A stretch of DNA of 64,000 bases from the human T2T-CHM13v2.0 reference genome, Homo sapiens. A model generated the notes under the pieces. That model searched no databases. It saw nothing but the letters and a program-made list of their open reading frames with translations, and was not told the DNA's origin. Below, piece by piece: positions 1-20,666 of the stretch. A program made the position numbers and the translations under genes. The stretch spans positions 5,984,001 to 6,048,000 of the forward strand of contig CP086569.2 in NCBI GenBank assembly GCA_009914755.4. Reading direction: 5' to 3'. Each line of letters opens with the position of its first letter. The stretch's first letter is position 1.

Positions 1-1165
1 GAGCCAAATCACAGTCATCTCACACACACAGTTGTTACTAAGAGAATAAAATACCTAGGAAAGTAACTCACAAGGGATGTGAAGGACCTTTTCAAGGAGA
101 ACTACAATCCACAGCTCAAGGTATAAGAGAGGACACAAATACGTGGAAAAGCATTCCATGCTCATTATAGGAAGAATCAATATCATGAAAATGGCCCTAC
201 AGTGCAAAGTAATTTATAGATTCAATGCTATCACCATAAAGTTGCCATCTGACAAGGGATAACATATTAATCTGACAACAGACCAATATCCACAATCTAC
301 AAAGAACTTAAACAAATTTACAAGAAAAAAACTAAACCAACCCATCAAAAACTGAGTGAAGGGTATGAAGAGATACTTCCCAAAAGAGGACATTTATGCA
401 GTCAACAAACATGAAAAAAGTTCATCATCCCTGGTCATTAGAGAAACGCAAATCAAAACCACAATGAGATACTATCTCATGACAGTTAGAATGGCTATCA
501 TTAAAAAGTCAGGAAACAACAGATGCTGGAGAGGATGTGGATAAGTAGGAACGCTGTTACACTGTTGGTGGGAGTGTAACTTAGTTCAACCACTGTGGAA
601 TACAGTCTGGTGACTCCTCAAGGCTCTAAAACTAGAAATACCATTTGACCCAGCAATGTCATTATGGGTTATGTACTCAAAGGATTATAAATAATTCTAC
701 TATAAAGACACGTGCACACTTACGTTTATTGACACATTGTTCACAATAGCAAAGACATGGAACCAACTCAAATGTCCATCAATGATAGATTGGATAAAGA
801 AAATGTGGCACATATACACCATGGAATACTAAGCAGCCATAAAATAAGATTAGTTTATGTCATTTGCACGGACATGGGTGAAGCTAGAAAGCACCATTCT
901 CAGGAAACTAACACCAGCACCGGAAGCCAATCACCACATATTCTCACTCATAAGTTGCAGTTGAACAATGAGAACACATGGACACAGGGAGGGGAATATC
1001 ATACACCAGGGCCTGCCAGGGGTGGAGGGCTAGAGGAGGTATAGCAGTAGGAGAAATACCTAATGTGTGTGACAAGTTGATGGGTGCAGCAAACCACCAT
1101 GGCAGGTTTATACCAGTGTAACAAAACCGCACGTTCGATACATGTACCCCAGAACTTAAAGTATA
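1..1165 (+). mobile_element. 5'-truncated L1 (older L1PA-type) 3' portion: ORF2 C-terminus plus 3' UTR, with an internal deletion near 250-280
   Basis: Translation matches L1 ORF2 ([30 protein letters not shown]..., then ...[55 protein letters not shown]). The L1 3' UTR ends ...ccccagaacttaaagtataaaaaa at ~1165. Several stops and frameshifts. Confidence 0.85.
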
Positions 1166-1400
1166 TAAAAAATACATATAGACATATACTATACATGAAT
1201 TAAAATATATATAATGCATACATTTCATCTATATGCAATTCATATATATTATAAAGTATACAGATACATATATATGTTTTGGAACACTTATATTTATAAA
1301 TTAGCTATATAACAAGGGGTTTATACATACATTATAAAATATTAACTTAAACATATAAATTATACTTTTCTATCACATGCAAATTTTATATTACTGGATG
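1166..1400. repeat. AT-rich low-complexity / (TA)n-like tract following the L1 poly-A
   Basis: Runs of atatata / tatacat motifs directly after the L1 3' end. Confidence 0.7.
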
Positions 1401-1723
1401 GACAGTAAGAAATTTTACATGGTACATACCTAATGAGTTCCATATAACACTTAGGCATAAATAATTGAAACTCTGGTTAAAAGAGTAAAACCAAATACTA
1501 GAGGGAATTTAGAGGAAAGTTGTAACAATAAAAAATCACCTACATATTCAACATCATTATCTGACTATTACTTATGCCCTCAGCCAAGTATACGGTTTAT
1601 ACAGTCACATGAAACGACTGTGTGTATCACCTCCTCTGCCATTACATTTGTTGAAGCATCATCATTTGTTTGGTCTCTCTGCTTGATTCGGACACTCACG
1701 TGTAGCTTAGTTTGTTCTCCCAG

Positions 1724-1814
1724 TAGCCGGAATTATACTCAGAATAAAATCAAAAGGATTTGTCTTTGATCTCACTTAAGAGTTTTCCTTAGTTCATCTT
1801 GCCACATGATGGCA
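1724..1814 (+). pseudogene. Candidate degenerate RBMY RRM exon remnant (region ...LLIKDRTSKSRGFAFITFE...)
   Basis: In-frame ...IILRIKSKGFVFDLT* follows acceptor ttctcccag. aaatcaaaaggatttgtctttgat resembles the RBMX/RBMY RNP1 motif SRGFAFITF. gtatga donor at 1815. The downstream half matches poorly and contains stops. Confidence 0.3.
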
Positions 1815-2091
1815 GTATGACTATTTGCTTAATTCTAGTTTCAGAATTATTTCAATGGTTATTTTCTCTGCCTGGAATTCTCTTCCTCCAAATATATTCC
1901 TAGATTACTTCCTCAACGGTTTAGTCCTTGCTCAAGTAAAGCATTTTTAAAGACAAAGTGACTTCAAAACACTTCTTCCAACATTTTCCTGTCACCTAAT
2001 TAACTATGAACTGTAGTTGATGTAAAAATGTTTGTAAATGTGCTTATGTTAAATGTGCCAATGTTATTGATGGTACCCTTAGTACTTTTAG

Positions 2092-2269
2092 TCTTTGGAT
2101 CGAAAAGCAATAAAAGTAGAATAAGCCAAAAAACCGTCTTTTCAAAGTGGTGGTAGGCGGAGACCACCACCTTCTTCAAGAAACAGAAGCCCGTCAGCAA
2201 ATCTGAGATCTGCAAGAGGAAGTAGTGGAGGAAAAAGAGCGTGGCTGCCCTCACATGAAGAACACTTGG
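2092..2269 (+). pseudogene. RBMY-like exon (end of RRM through RGG-rich region) with in-frame TAA
   Basis: Acceptor ttttag at 2086-2091, donor gtaatg at 2270. Reads [58 protein letters not shown], cf. RBMY1 [59 protein letters not shown]. Confidence 0.85.
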
Positions 2270-2496
2270 GTAATGTTTTAAAATATAAAGGTGGAACCAT
2301 GGGACTGAAAGAAAACAAGTTTGAAGGTATCAAAATTTCTCAATTTTATTTATTATCTTTATGAGCAGAATATTAATTATTGATAAGCACAATTATCTCT
2401 AATTACTAAAGGTGTATTATAAGAATGATTGAATTAATATCTAAAATTCATTTTAAAATTGTAACAACTTTGCATTGAAATAACACAGATTTCTTT

Positions 2497-7215
<4,719 letters not shown>

Positions 7216-7729
7216 CACAGATTTCAAACTGAATTGATTTTATGAATGCTGATTGCCTGTACTCAACTGGTTTTCTGCATAACTCATTTATATTTATTAT
7301 ACTTTAGAGTTTTCTACTCCAGGGCCCAGAAATTCAAATCAGTTTTATTATCAAAATACAATGGAATATTTACAGTTTTCAAATGGGAAAAAAGTAACTC
7401 AGTACTTAAGATTGATTTTTCAATATTTCATTTTTTATGTGTGTATACCTGTGCAAACATCTATGCAGATGAATCGCTTTGTAATTTTGATAAACAGAGT
7501 TTGTACATTGGCTTGCCATAAAGCGTTTTCAATTGAAGAAATGTAGAACTTTAATTTCTGAAAACAGTCTGTGACTCTGGAAATGTCTAAGAACTACTGC
7601 TTCACACATATCTATATATCTTTCTTTGCTGAAGGATGAGTCTCTGAAAATGATATTCATGAGTGATTTACACAAAAGAAATAAGGGGTTATTTCTACAT
7701 AAAAAAGAAAATCAAACCATGTATTGTAT

Positions 7730-8145
7730 ATATATTTATAATTTTATATATTTCTTTATAAAATAAAGGTATTTTATGTATTTCTGTATACAGATTAACA
7801 TATTTTATGTATTTCTATATACAGATAAATGTATTTTATGTATTTCTAGATTCAGATAAACATATTTTGTGTATTTCTATATACAGATAAACGTATTTTA
7901 TGTATTTCTATATACAGATGAACGTATTTTATGCATTTCTATATACAGATAAATGTACTTTTTTCATTTCTATATACAGATAAACATATTTTATGCATTT
8001 CTATATAAAGATAAACGTATTTTATATACTTATATATAAAAATAAATGTATTTTATATACTTATATATAAAAATAAATGTATTTTATATACTTATATGTA
8101 AAAATAAATATGTTATATATTTATATATAAAAATAAATAAAAATA
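7730..8145. repeat. AT-rich minisatellite, ~31-bp unit (tatatacagataaacgtattttatgtatttc), about 13 copies
   Basis: Direct tandem copies visible from 7740 to 8140. Degenerate copies (aaaataaatgtattttatatacttatatat) run toward the L1 junction. Confidence 0.85.
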
Positions 8146-8146
8146 G

Positions 8147-11055
<2,909 letters not shown>

Positions 11056-11056
11056 A

Positions 11057-11775
11057 ATATATATATATATAACGTATTTATATATAAAAATAAATATATT
11101 ATATATTTAAATAAAAATAAATATATTATATATTTGTATAAAAATAAATATATTATATATTTATATATAAAAACAAATATATAATATATTTATATATAAA
11201 AACAAATATATAATATATTTATATATAAAAACAAATATATAATATATTTATGTATAAAAACAAATATATATTTATGTATAAAAATAAATATATTATATAT
11301 TTATATATGAAAATAAATATATTATATATTTATATATGAAAATAAATATATTATATATTTATATATGAAAATAAATATATATTTATATATGAAAATAAAT
11401 ATATTTCATGTATTCATATATGAAAATAAATATATTTCATGTATTCATATATGAAAACAAATATATTTCATGTATTCATATATGAAAATAAATATATTTC
11501 ATGTATTCATATATGAAAATAAATATATTTCATGTATTCATATATGAAAATAAATATATTTCATGTATTCATATATGAAAATAAATATATTTCATGTATT
11601 CATATATGAAAATATATTTCATGTATTCATATATGAAAATATATATATTTCATGTATTTATGTATGAAAATATATATATTTCATGTATTTATATATAGAA
11701 ATAAATATATTTCATGTATTTATATATAATATAAACATATTATATATATAGATAGATATTGATATAGATATATCT
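11057..11775. repeat. AT-rich minisatellite block abutting the L1 3' end. A ~28-bp unit (aaaataaatatattatatatttatatat) runs 11060-11400 and a ~33-bp unit (tgaaaataaatatatttcatgtattcatata) runs 11400-11700. Homologous to the 7730-8145 block.
   Basis: Contiguous tandem copies. The unit shares the core ataaa(t/c)(a/g)tatttta(t/c)gtatt with the upstream minisatellite. Confidence 0.85.
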
Positions 11776-11935
11776 GGTGTGGTGATTTCCACCTCTAATC
11801 CCAGGTACTCGGGAGACTGAGGCAGGAGAATCACTGAAAACTGGCAGGTGGAAGCTGCAGTGAGCCAAGGTCACGACTTTGCACTCAAGCCTGTGGGATA
11901 TGGCAAGAGTCCATCTCAATAAATAATAAATCCAT
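11776..11935 (+). mobile_element. Alu right-arm fragment
   Basis: ggtgtggtgatttccacctctaatcccaggtactcgggagactgaggcaggagaatcactgaaaactggcaggtggaagctgcagtgagccaaggtcacgactttgcactcaagcctgtgg... Confidence 0.75.
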
Positions 11936-12791
11936 TTTTAAACTTTTATTATCTATTAATCAACCTTCAAATATATATCATTTAATTTTGAGTTTAGTAA
12001 CCAGATTTTTAATTAATGGGAGATGTTTTTTAAAGTTGAAATTGCAGTGTTTGCTCCATTTTAAGAAACACAGCTTCATGATTATTTTGTCTCCATTGGT
12101 CTTGAGGGTGAGGTTCAATAATATTCTGCCGTGGATAAGAATGTGCATATTCTAACCTGTAACACTGCCTGGCAATTGGCATATATCTACATTTTTTGTA
12201 GACATATAAAAATATTTTTTCATATTATTTAATATGGAATTCTTAAAGATTATTAATATTTAGCATAGTCTAACCTGAAAATTAGTGTTTCATAAGGGAA
12301 TTGTAAGAATTCAATATTATGTTAACAAATTTTAGAGATAATATATTTTCCTGATGTGTCACCTTTTGATATTGTAAATATCTGAGTTTCTTTGAATGGA
12401 ATTTAGTTTATCTTTATGATATGCTTTGAAAATTTTTCCTCATAAGAGAATGATATAAACAGTCATTTATCATTTTTCTTTCAATGTTTTTATATATATT
12501 ATACTTAGATATTTTACTGATAGTTTTCTGCTCCCTGTTCACTCCCCACTTTTTCCACATCTCTCTCTCACGCAAACATATTATGATTCTTGTGTTTCTT
12601 TCTAGATTTTCTAAATGGACTTTTATTGCTTGAATTGTACTTATTTCATATAAAAATGTTAATTTTATTAGTTTAGACAAATGTGAATTTGTAAGATTAT
12701 AATATGTAGAAAATCTTTATAAACAACTAAAACTTAGCTATTTAAGAAACAGTGATGTTAGTCAACTAAAAAGATTTTGTTTGAAATACAG

Positions 12792-12941
12792 ATGATGGTG
12801 GATAAACTCTTGATCTCAACATGAGTTCTTCTAGGGGGCACATTCCAGTTAAAAGCGGTCCACCTTCAAGAAGTGGAGGTCCTCCTCCTACAAAATCTGC
12901 TCCTGCTGTGGCAAGAAGCAGTAGTTGGATGGGAGGCCAAG
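12792..12941 (+). pseudogene. RBMY-like exon with in-frame TAA
   Basis: Acceptor aatacag, donor gtaagt at 12942. Reads [49 protein letters not shown], cf. RBMY1 [51 protein letters not shown]. Confidence 0.85.
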
Positions 12942-13354
12942 GTAAGTGCTACCAGAGAGAAAGACAGTATTTTTCGTATGACTAAAAATAGGCTATTTTA
13001 CTTGAATGCTTAACTTTAACTTCATCGAACGAAAGAGGAGTGACACATACATGGGCATAATTCAGACTGATACCTTTTATTATGGTTTATATATCACTAA
13101 CTACATTTCAGATTTATGGTAAAGAAATACTTGAGCTTCTCATTGCAGGTGAAATAAGTTATTAGAGTGAGGCCAACATTACTTTTAATCCTGTGTTTGC
13201 TAGAGAATTCCCCTTAATAATTCTAACAGTTCCTAGCAGTATTCTTTGATTGTAGTCTTCTTCATCTAATGAATTCTTCCATTTCCTAGGTCCCCTGGTA
13301 GTGGTTCCCTGGTGTCCCATTCTAAAAATTGCTTGTTCAGTTCCTTTGTTGGGT

Positions 13355-13640
13355 TGGAGTCTTGCTCTTATGAGGTCAGAGTGCATAGGTGAGATGATGG
13401 CTTACTACAGCCTTAAACTCCTGGGCTCAGGCAATTCTCCTGTTTCATTTTCCTGAGTTGCTGCAACTATAGCCATGCACCACCATATCTAGCTAAGTTT
13501 TTTCCCCTATATTTTTGTAGAGAGAGGATCTCACCACATTGACAAAACTGACATTAAAGCCCGGGGCTCAAGCAGTCCAGGTGCCTCACCCTTCCACACT
13601 GGCCCACAGTGTGAGCCAGTTAGCCTGGCCATCTAGGTTT
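13355..13640 (-). mobile_element. Old Alu (AluJ/S-like)
   Basis: Reverse-complement Alu: ...gagtcttgctcttatgaggtcagagtgca... tcctgggctcaggcaattctcctgtttcattttcctgagttgctg... ccggggctcaagcagtccaggtgcctcacccttcc... Confidence 0.75.
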
Positions 13641-14929
13641 TGAGACCTCAATAATTCTAATCCGTGAGGCATTTTTCCTGCTTATATAAAGATTGAAAAG
13701 AACTGCAAGAATATTTAGCAGAAAAAGATTCACTGAGCTTAAACATTATTTAAAAAATAATTTAAGGCTTGTAAGTTAGACATGAAGGAGTCCAATATTC
13801 TTAAATTAAGTGGATATCACAGAAGTGTAGAGTTATGAAATATAAGGGGATGTAAATCAATAATTAAGATTGTACCTGGATGTTTAAACATTAACACAAG
13901 ACCTTAGTGTAAGATTTGAAATTATTTGAGGCGAGAATTTAGAACTAAGCAACAAGAGTTGAACAGTAGGATCGAATAGAAGTAATATTTTTGAGAAGGA
14001 GAATTGTAAGATTGCAGACTGAACAGAAGAAAACAAGACAATAAATAAAAATTCTTAGGGACGACGTTTAGCAGAACAAAATAAAATTCTTACTTTGTCC
14101 TCCATCCTAAGATGGAGGAAAATGAAAACTGCCATTTTTAATTTTACATTTCATGTGTAGAGTATCAGTGAAGTTAGTTATTTATTGTCTTCAGGATACA
14201 CAAGCCAACACATTTCCATAGGAAAATTAGCCAGTGAACATATTATAAGTGAAAGACAGACCTCTAAGGAGTAGCACGTGAAGAGTATATTAAAGGAGAA
14301 CCTTTTCTATTTTGAAATAACAACAATGTGATAATGACCCCTTGAACACTATTGCTTATTGCAGTATAAGAAAATCTTGGTCATCATTAGAAAATCTTCA
14401 CTAGTATATTTTAATTTGCCAACATTTAAGATAGAGCCAACCACTTAGAGATAAAGGAGAACTTTTAGGTAAAAGTTTAGCATGCAGTCATTCAAAGGTG
14501 GCAGTATTTGTGTGTGTGAGATGGACTGAACAACATGGGAAAATTTACCTTCTTCAGCTGAGAAAGGACAATGTATGTAAACTTTAAAATCAGTGGAGAG
14601 TTTGATGGTTTTACATTTTCCATGTGTCATTAGTATTCATTAGTAATTCTATAAAAAGGAAAATAATAACTAAGTAGTTATTAAACATTAAAATGAACTT
14701 TTACAAAAGAATTAACATCTGCCTTCAGCTTTGTTAGAAGAACTGGCCTTGCAGGAGCCATGGGGTTATCCAAGGCCATAAGAAATATTCACAGTGTCAT
14801 GATTTTCTAGTAATTTAGGGAAAAAAAGAATGGAGACGTAGATGAAATAATTTTAAAAAGTTGTTTGAGAGAAGAGAAAATAATGTTTCAGATTTCGTGT
14901 TCTTTACATTATGTTCCATCATTTTAATA

Positions 14930-15041
14930 TTAAATGTAATGGAAGAGAGAATTATGGAGTTCCTCCACAGAGACAGTCAGTCTTTTCCTGGAGAAATGAC
15001 CATGTGTCATCAAAAGATGTTGGTTATGCAACTAAGGATAG
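14930..15041 (+). pseudogene. RBMY-like exon (approximate 5' boundary)
   Basis: ...[34 protein letters not shown] followed by gt donor at 15042, cf. RBMY1 [35 protein letters not shown]. Confidence 0.6.
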
Positions 15042-15848
15042 GTAAAAAAAAAAAAAAGAAAGAAAAAATAGTTAATTTTTTTTTGTTGTGGTGATGAAAT
15101 TCACTTAACAAAATTAAATATTATAAGGTAAACAGTTAAGCGGAGTTAGATACCTTCTGTGTAGTGCAGCAACTACCTCCATCGAGTTCCAAAACATTTT
15201 CATGACTCCAAACTAAAATTCCAACTACTAGTTAAGCAGTCCTTCATTTTCTCCCTTCCCTCAGCTGCTAGCAAACACCAATCTGTGTTCTGCCTGTGCA
15301 CATACCTGTTGTGGGCATTTAATGTTAATGGGGTCAAACACTACATGACTTTTTTACTGTCTGTTTTCCTTTTTCATGATGTCCAGAAGGTTCACATATG
15401 TCATAGCACTTCATTTCTTCCACAAGCTGTTAACCGATCATTTTATTTGAGTTGTTTCCACCCCAGTATTTCTATGAACCAATATTTGTTTGGGCACACT
15501 TAATCAATTCTGGGTATATATAGAAGTGGAATTGCTTGGCCCTATGATAATTATGTGTGTGTTCTTGAGGAACCACCACATTTCTCTATAGAGCTGCATC
15601 ATTTTCCATTCCAGCTAGCACTGTATCAGGGTTCCAGTTTATCTACATCCTCTCAATTGAAATGCATTTTCTGAATCATTGATTATGAGTGTCTGTTCCA
15701 TGTGCTTTTTGGGCATTTGTCTATTTTATTTGGAGAAATATCCATTTAGATGTTTGGCCTTTTAATTTTGTTTAAGTTGTAAGTTAGTTATGTTTTGGAT
15801 ACCAGAAGTTGAAAATTTAAAATTTGTTGCATACACTTATGCACACAG

Positions 15849-15959
15849 TAATCATCCAGGTTCCTCAGAATCTAGGGATTATGCTCCACCATCTAGAGAC
15901 TATGCATACCGTGATTATGGTCATTCTAGTCAGGATGAACATTCCTCTACAGGAAATAG
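15849..15959 (+). pseudogene. RBMY SRGY-box exon copy 1 (111 bp)
   Basis: Acceptor cacacag. (S)[37 protein letters not shown], then gt donor. Canonical 37-aa SRGY box. Confidence 0.85.
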
Positions 15960-16356
15960 GTACTATAATAATACTTTCTGCATTTGCCAAATAGAGTTCT
16001 TGAATTGTTCATTCCAACTAACATTGCATCAATGTATCAATTTATCTACATTTTCTCAAACACTTACTATTTCCTGCTTTTTAAAATTTATTGCCTTTCC
16101 AGTGTGTACGTGAATTATGGTATCTCATTTTGGATTTGAAATGTATTTCTGAATCACAGATTATGAGTATCTGTTTCATGCGATTTTGAGACATTTGGCT
16201 ATTTTATTTGGAGAAATATCTATTTAGCTGTTTGGCCCTTTAATTTTGTTTAAGTTGTAATTTAGGTATTATGTATGCTGTAATTTAGTTATGATGGATA
16301 TTTTGGACACTAGAATTTGAAAATTTAAAATTTATTGCTTAAACTTATGCACACAG

Positions 16357-16466
16357 AAATCATCCAAGTTCCCAAGAAATGAGGGATTATGCTCTAACAC
16401 CTAGAGGCTATGCATACCATTATTACAGTCGTTTGAGTCAGGATGAACATTCCTTTAGAGGATATA
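16357..16466 (+). pseudogene. RBMY SRGY-box exon copy 2 (110 bp, 1 bp short, more diverged)
   Basis: Acceptor cacacag. [37 protein letters not shown], then gt donor. It sits in a tandemly duplicated ~0.5-kb intron-exon block. Confidence 0.8.
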
Positions 16467-16577
16467 GGTACTATATAAGTACTATATAGGTACTATAATG
16501 TTTTGTGGATTTATAAAACAGCTTTCTTAAATTGTTCATTCTGACAAAAGAAACCTTTTTTTTTTTTTTCAATTTAG

Positions 16578-16659
16578 TGATCTTGATGGCTGCTGTGAGG
16601 TAGAGAACATTCTGAATGTCCAAGTGGAAGTTCTTACAGAGATGCATTTCAGAGTTATG
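16578..16659 (+). pseudogene. RBMY-like exon (region ...[21 protein letters not shown]) with upstream in-frame stops
   Basis: Acceptor tttttttttcaatttag, donor gtatga. Reads ...[21 protein letters not shown] in the RBMY frame. tga/tag codons occur in the first 8 codons. Confidence 0.7.
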
Positions 16660-17068
16660 GTATGAGTCCAGGTTGGATTTTTAAATTATAGAATTATATT
16701 AAATAGACCAGATCATTATTTTAAAGAAAACTAAGGAAATTATAAAGGACAAATATAACATGTTTAAATATTGAGTATTCTTAACAGCATAAAGTGTAGG
16801 GAATGATATAAAGGTGAGAATTTCATTTCACGTTCAGTTAAATGTGATTCAACGTTTACTTTAGAATTAAATTTGTTAAGCTTCAAAATACTACTCTTAC
16901 ACTTCTTTTAAAAAAAACCTTCTGACTATTGCAGGCATAATTAATATCTGTAAATGAAGGCGGAGGAAAGCAGATATTTCCAAGTAGTAGTTTAACTAAT
17001 TAATACTTTAGTGATAGCACTAAAAATGTTTAAATGTAGTCCAACATATTATTTTATCAACCCTGCAG

Positions 17069-17357
17069 GGACCTCTGATGGTGCACCACCTGTCCAAGGG
17101 CCTCAGATGCCTTATGGTGGAAGAAGCCACCATGATTATAACAATTTATGAGATAGATATGGCAGAACTTGGGAGAGTTACCTAAGAAGCTGCAGTAATT
17201 TTTATTCCTGCGGTTGTGAGCACAGTGGCAGAAAAGACGGAAGGAATCCATTTTCTCTGGACAGGGTGCACACTGCTCCTTGTGAAGCCTATGGTAGCTC
17301 AAGTTATGTGACATCTATAGGAGATGGTGGCAGAAGCCGATCTGAAAAAGGAGACTG
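17069..17357 (+). pseudogene. RBMY-specific terminal coding exon (premature TGA at 17149-17151; terminal stop at 17355-17357)
   Basis: Acceptor ccctgcag. [94 protein letters not shown], cf. RBMY1 ...[71 protein letters not shown]. Confidence 0.85.
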
Positions 17358-17994
17358 AAGTAGATATTAAAGCAAGTATTCAAAATAATAGTTATTGCAT
17401 ACTAAACCTTGTTTGCAAATCGAACATTGAAATTTTATTTCTGCCTTGTTACATGTGTCTTACTAAAAGAAACTTGTTGTTTTTGTGGAGAGAGGTAGAA
17501 ATGCAGAAACTAACTTACTCCATGAATTTTTTGAGCTATTTAAAGGAAAATGAATTTTTTTCAAAGTAATTTCATACTTGTTACTGTTAGTTATAATATC
17601 TGGAATAAAATTTTCATAATCAATTTTTACATGTAATGCAAAATGCCTGATGTTACTGCTTAGCTACACATGCTTAAAAGCAAATTAAATAGAAGAGTAA
17701 ATTGCGTTGTGAACACTTTGTTTCTTTGAACATAAATAGATACAAAATCAGGCATATATTATGTCTCCCTTTCAAGTTGCATAAGTTTTCTAATTAGGCT
17801 GTGTTTCTCTTTAAAAAATTACAAGATTAAAACATTAGCGAAATCTCCAGAAACACTACAAAACTGTTTGCCTCACCATACAATGTTTATCTTATAGAGT
17901 AATAGTACAGGTCAAAGGAAATAATTAGATGTGGTTGATACTAAAGTTTAAGACATCTGGAACAATCTACTTGAAGCATTCTGTGACTGAAGGG

Positions 17995-18245
17995 GGATAT
18001 TGGCTTGCAGATCACTTTAGGTCGGGAGTTCAAGACAAGCCTAGCCAACACCATGAAACCCCATCTGTACCAAAAATACAAAAATTAACCGGGCATGGTG
18101 GCCCATGCCTGTATTATGTTACAGTTAATTGGGAGGCTCAGACAAGAGAATCGTTTGAACATGGGAGCCTCAGACTGCAGTGAGCCGATATTGCACCATG
18201 CACTCTAGCCTGGGTAATGGAGTGAGACACCAACTAAAAATAATT
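17995..18245 (+). mobile_element. Alu (5' truncated)
   Basis: ...tcgggagttcaagacaagcctagccaacaccatgaaaccccatctgtaccaaaaatacaaaaattaaccgggcatggtgg...gcagtgagccgatattgcaccatgcactctagcctgggtaatggagtgagacacc. Confidence 0.85.
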
Positions 18246-18299
18246 ATATAAATCAACAAATACATAAGTAATAATGTATCCATCAGTTCAACTAGTTAT

Positions 18300-18610
18300 T
18301 TCTTTTTTTTCTTTTTTAGAGACAGAGTCTCACTATGTTGTCCAGTCTGGACTGCAGTGTCACCATCATAGCTCACTGCAGCCTTGGACTCCTGGGTTCA
18401 AATGTGCAAACCTTCCATTTCAGCCTCCCAAGTAGCTGGAATTACAGACACACACCACCATCCCCAGCTCTTGTGTTTGTGCATGTATGGTAGGGACAAT
18501 GTTTCGTATATATTGTTCACGCTGGTCTCAAAATTCCAGGCCTAAGTGATCCGCCTTCCTTGGCCTCCCAAAGTGTTGTGATTGTAGCTGTGAGCCACTG
18601 AGTCTGGCAT
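18300..18610 (-). mobile_element. Alu
   Basis: ttttttcttttttagagacagagtctcactatgttgtccagtctggactgcagtgtcaccatcatagctcactgcagccttgg...cctcccaaagtgttgtgattgtagctgtgagccactgag. Confidence 0.85.
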
Positions 18611-19239
18611 ATCATTTGTCAGTATAAGTGACATTCCACCTTCACTCTTTTAATTCTTTTGAGATATACAATAAACCATTATTAAGTGTAGTCATCCTGG
18701 GCTACCGAACACTGGATCGTATTCCTTCTAAGCAACTGTCATTTAACCCACCCCCAACCCTTCTATGATACCTTCCTTACCAGTATACATTGCTTGTATC
18801 AAATATCATATAATATCACATGATATCACCAAAAGTATCTACAAACGTTACATACAATTTTTTAAAATAAGTAAAAGAAATAATAGAAAGGGTATCTCCA
18901 TTAAGGTGATAAAATGGGAGGCTCTAATTTGTCCCTGCATCCACAAATGCAACAAATAAAATGCCTCACCCACATCAATTCCCTGTGAGATAAACACAGA
19001 AAGTATTTGAGATACTCTTGCACACATACGATTATGAAAATACTCACTTAAAAAGAGGTAATAAAAACTGAATCATAAATTTTTTCTAGAGTTTATGTCT
19101 GACACAGTGCCCTAGAATGAATAGAGAACTATTATTTCACAGCTTCTCTCAGATGACCGAAGTATTAAATCACATATGTAGCACCCCACCTGTTAAATGC
19201 TACAGCTGCTTCTCCACAAAATGATACCTAGCTTGCCTA

Positions 19240-19430
19240 TCTCTGGATTCTAACACAGACTTGCATTCATAATTCTCCTAGGACCTCCAAGATAAAAGAC
19301 GGATTTAAGTAAACATTCAAGCACTTCTGAAACTGTTTCCTCCTGGCTTACTGGATCTCACACACTCAAGAAAGCTCAGTTCCCACTTTGTACCTCGAAG
19401 AACGTAGATTGTGCATCTAATGCCTTGACT
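19240..19430 (-). repeat. ~190-bp segment paralogous to 27575-27730 (the sequence adjoining or overlapping the ERV9 5' LTR U3 end)
   Basis: ...ctcctaggacctccaagataaaagacggatttaagtaaacattcaagcacttctgaaactgtttcctcctggcttactggatctcacacactcaagaaagctcagttcccactttgtacctcgaag... aligns with 27578-27730 ...cactaggacctccaagaaaaaatggggatttaaatagacattcaagcacttctgaaatggtttccccctggcttaagggatctcaagtagtcaaaaatctcagctcccactttgtacctcaaat... Confidence 0.7.
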
Positions 19431-19735
19431 TTTTTTTTTCTTTATTCTTTTGAGGCGGAGTCCCGCTCTGTTGCCCAGACTGGAGTGTAATGGCATGATC
19501 TCGGCTCACTACAACCTCTGCCTCCTGGTTCAAGTGATTCTTCTGCCTCAGCCTCCTGAGTAGCTGGGATTACAGGCATCCACCATCACACTTTGCTAAT
19601 TTTCGTAGTTTTAATAGAGACGGGGCTTCAAAATGTTGGCCAGGCTGGTCTTGAACTTCTGACCTCAGGTGATCAACCCACCTCAGCCTCTCAAAGTGCT
19701 GGGAGTGCAGGAATGAGCCACTGTGCCCAGCCTTT
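19430..19735 (-). mobile_element. Alu
   Basis: ttttttttctttattcttttgaggcggagtcccgctctgttgcccagactggagtgtaatggcatgatctcggctcactacaacc...gggagtgcaggaatgagccactgtgcccagcc. Confidence 0.9.
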
Positions 19736-19774
19736 TCTTCAGCCTTTAATATCATCCATCTTTGAAAACATTAG

Positions 19775-20023
<249 letters not shown>

Positions 20024-20299
20024 TAAAGAAATGAAATACATGAAGTTCCAGAAGTTTTACAGTTCATAATTCTTACAATTAACAGACTAATCTTCAGGGA
20101 AAAAGTATTTTATTGGTAAAATTCTGGCAAGATCATCAATTTTTACAGGGTAAGTGTGCAAATAATTTTCAAGGGAGAAATTACCAACTTTTGTTTTCAA
20201 GTGATTTATTCATGATATGAAGTTTTGTTTTCATTCACTTATAATGTAGCATTGTGAGGATGAAGTGAAAGGATAAAACTCCCTAGTCTTGTATATGTT

Positions 20300-20590
20300 A
20301 TTGTCTAGGTGTGATGGCTCAGTTCTTTAATTCCAGCTCTTTAGGACGCCAAGTCTTGCAGATCACATTAGGTCAGGAGTTCAAGACCAGCCTGGCCAAA
20401 ACCCTGAAGCCCCATCTCTACCAAAAATACAACAATTAGCTGGGCTTGGTGGCCCATGCTAGTAGTATGTTAACTAGTAGTAGTTAATTGGGAGACTCAG
20501 GAAGGATAATTTTTTTGTCTCTGTGAGCCTGAGGCTGAAGTGAGCTGATATTGCACCATGCACTCTAGTCTGGGTGACAGAGTGGGACTC
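20300..20590 (+). mobile_element. Alu (paralogous to the 17995-18245 copy)
   Basis: gtgtgatggctcagttctttaattccagctctttaggacgccaagtcttgcagatcacattaggtcaggagttcaagaccagcctggccaaaaccctgaagccccatctctaccaaaaatacaacaattagctgggcttggtgg... Confidence 0.85.
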
Positions 20591-20666
20591 CAAGTCACAA
20601 ATAATTATATAAATCAATAAATATATAAATAATAAATAGTGTATCCTTCAGTTCAAGCACTTATCA

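Noticed and set aside
17590-17600. AATAAA at ~17594 as the polyadenylation signal of the RBMY pseudogene
   Set aside because: It is plausible by position, ~240 bp after the terminal stop. However, the 3' UTR is AT-rich with several AATAAA-like hexamers, so it cannot be singled out without transcript data.
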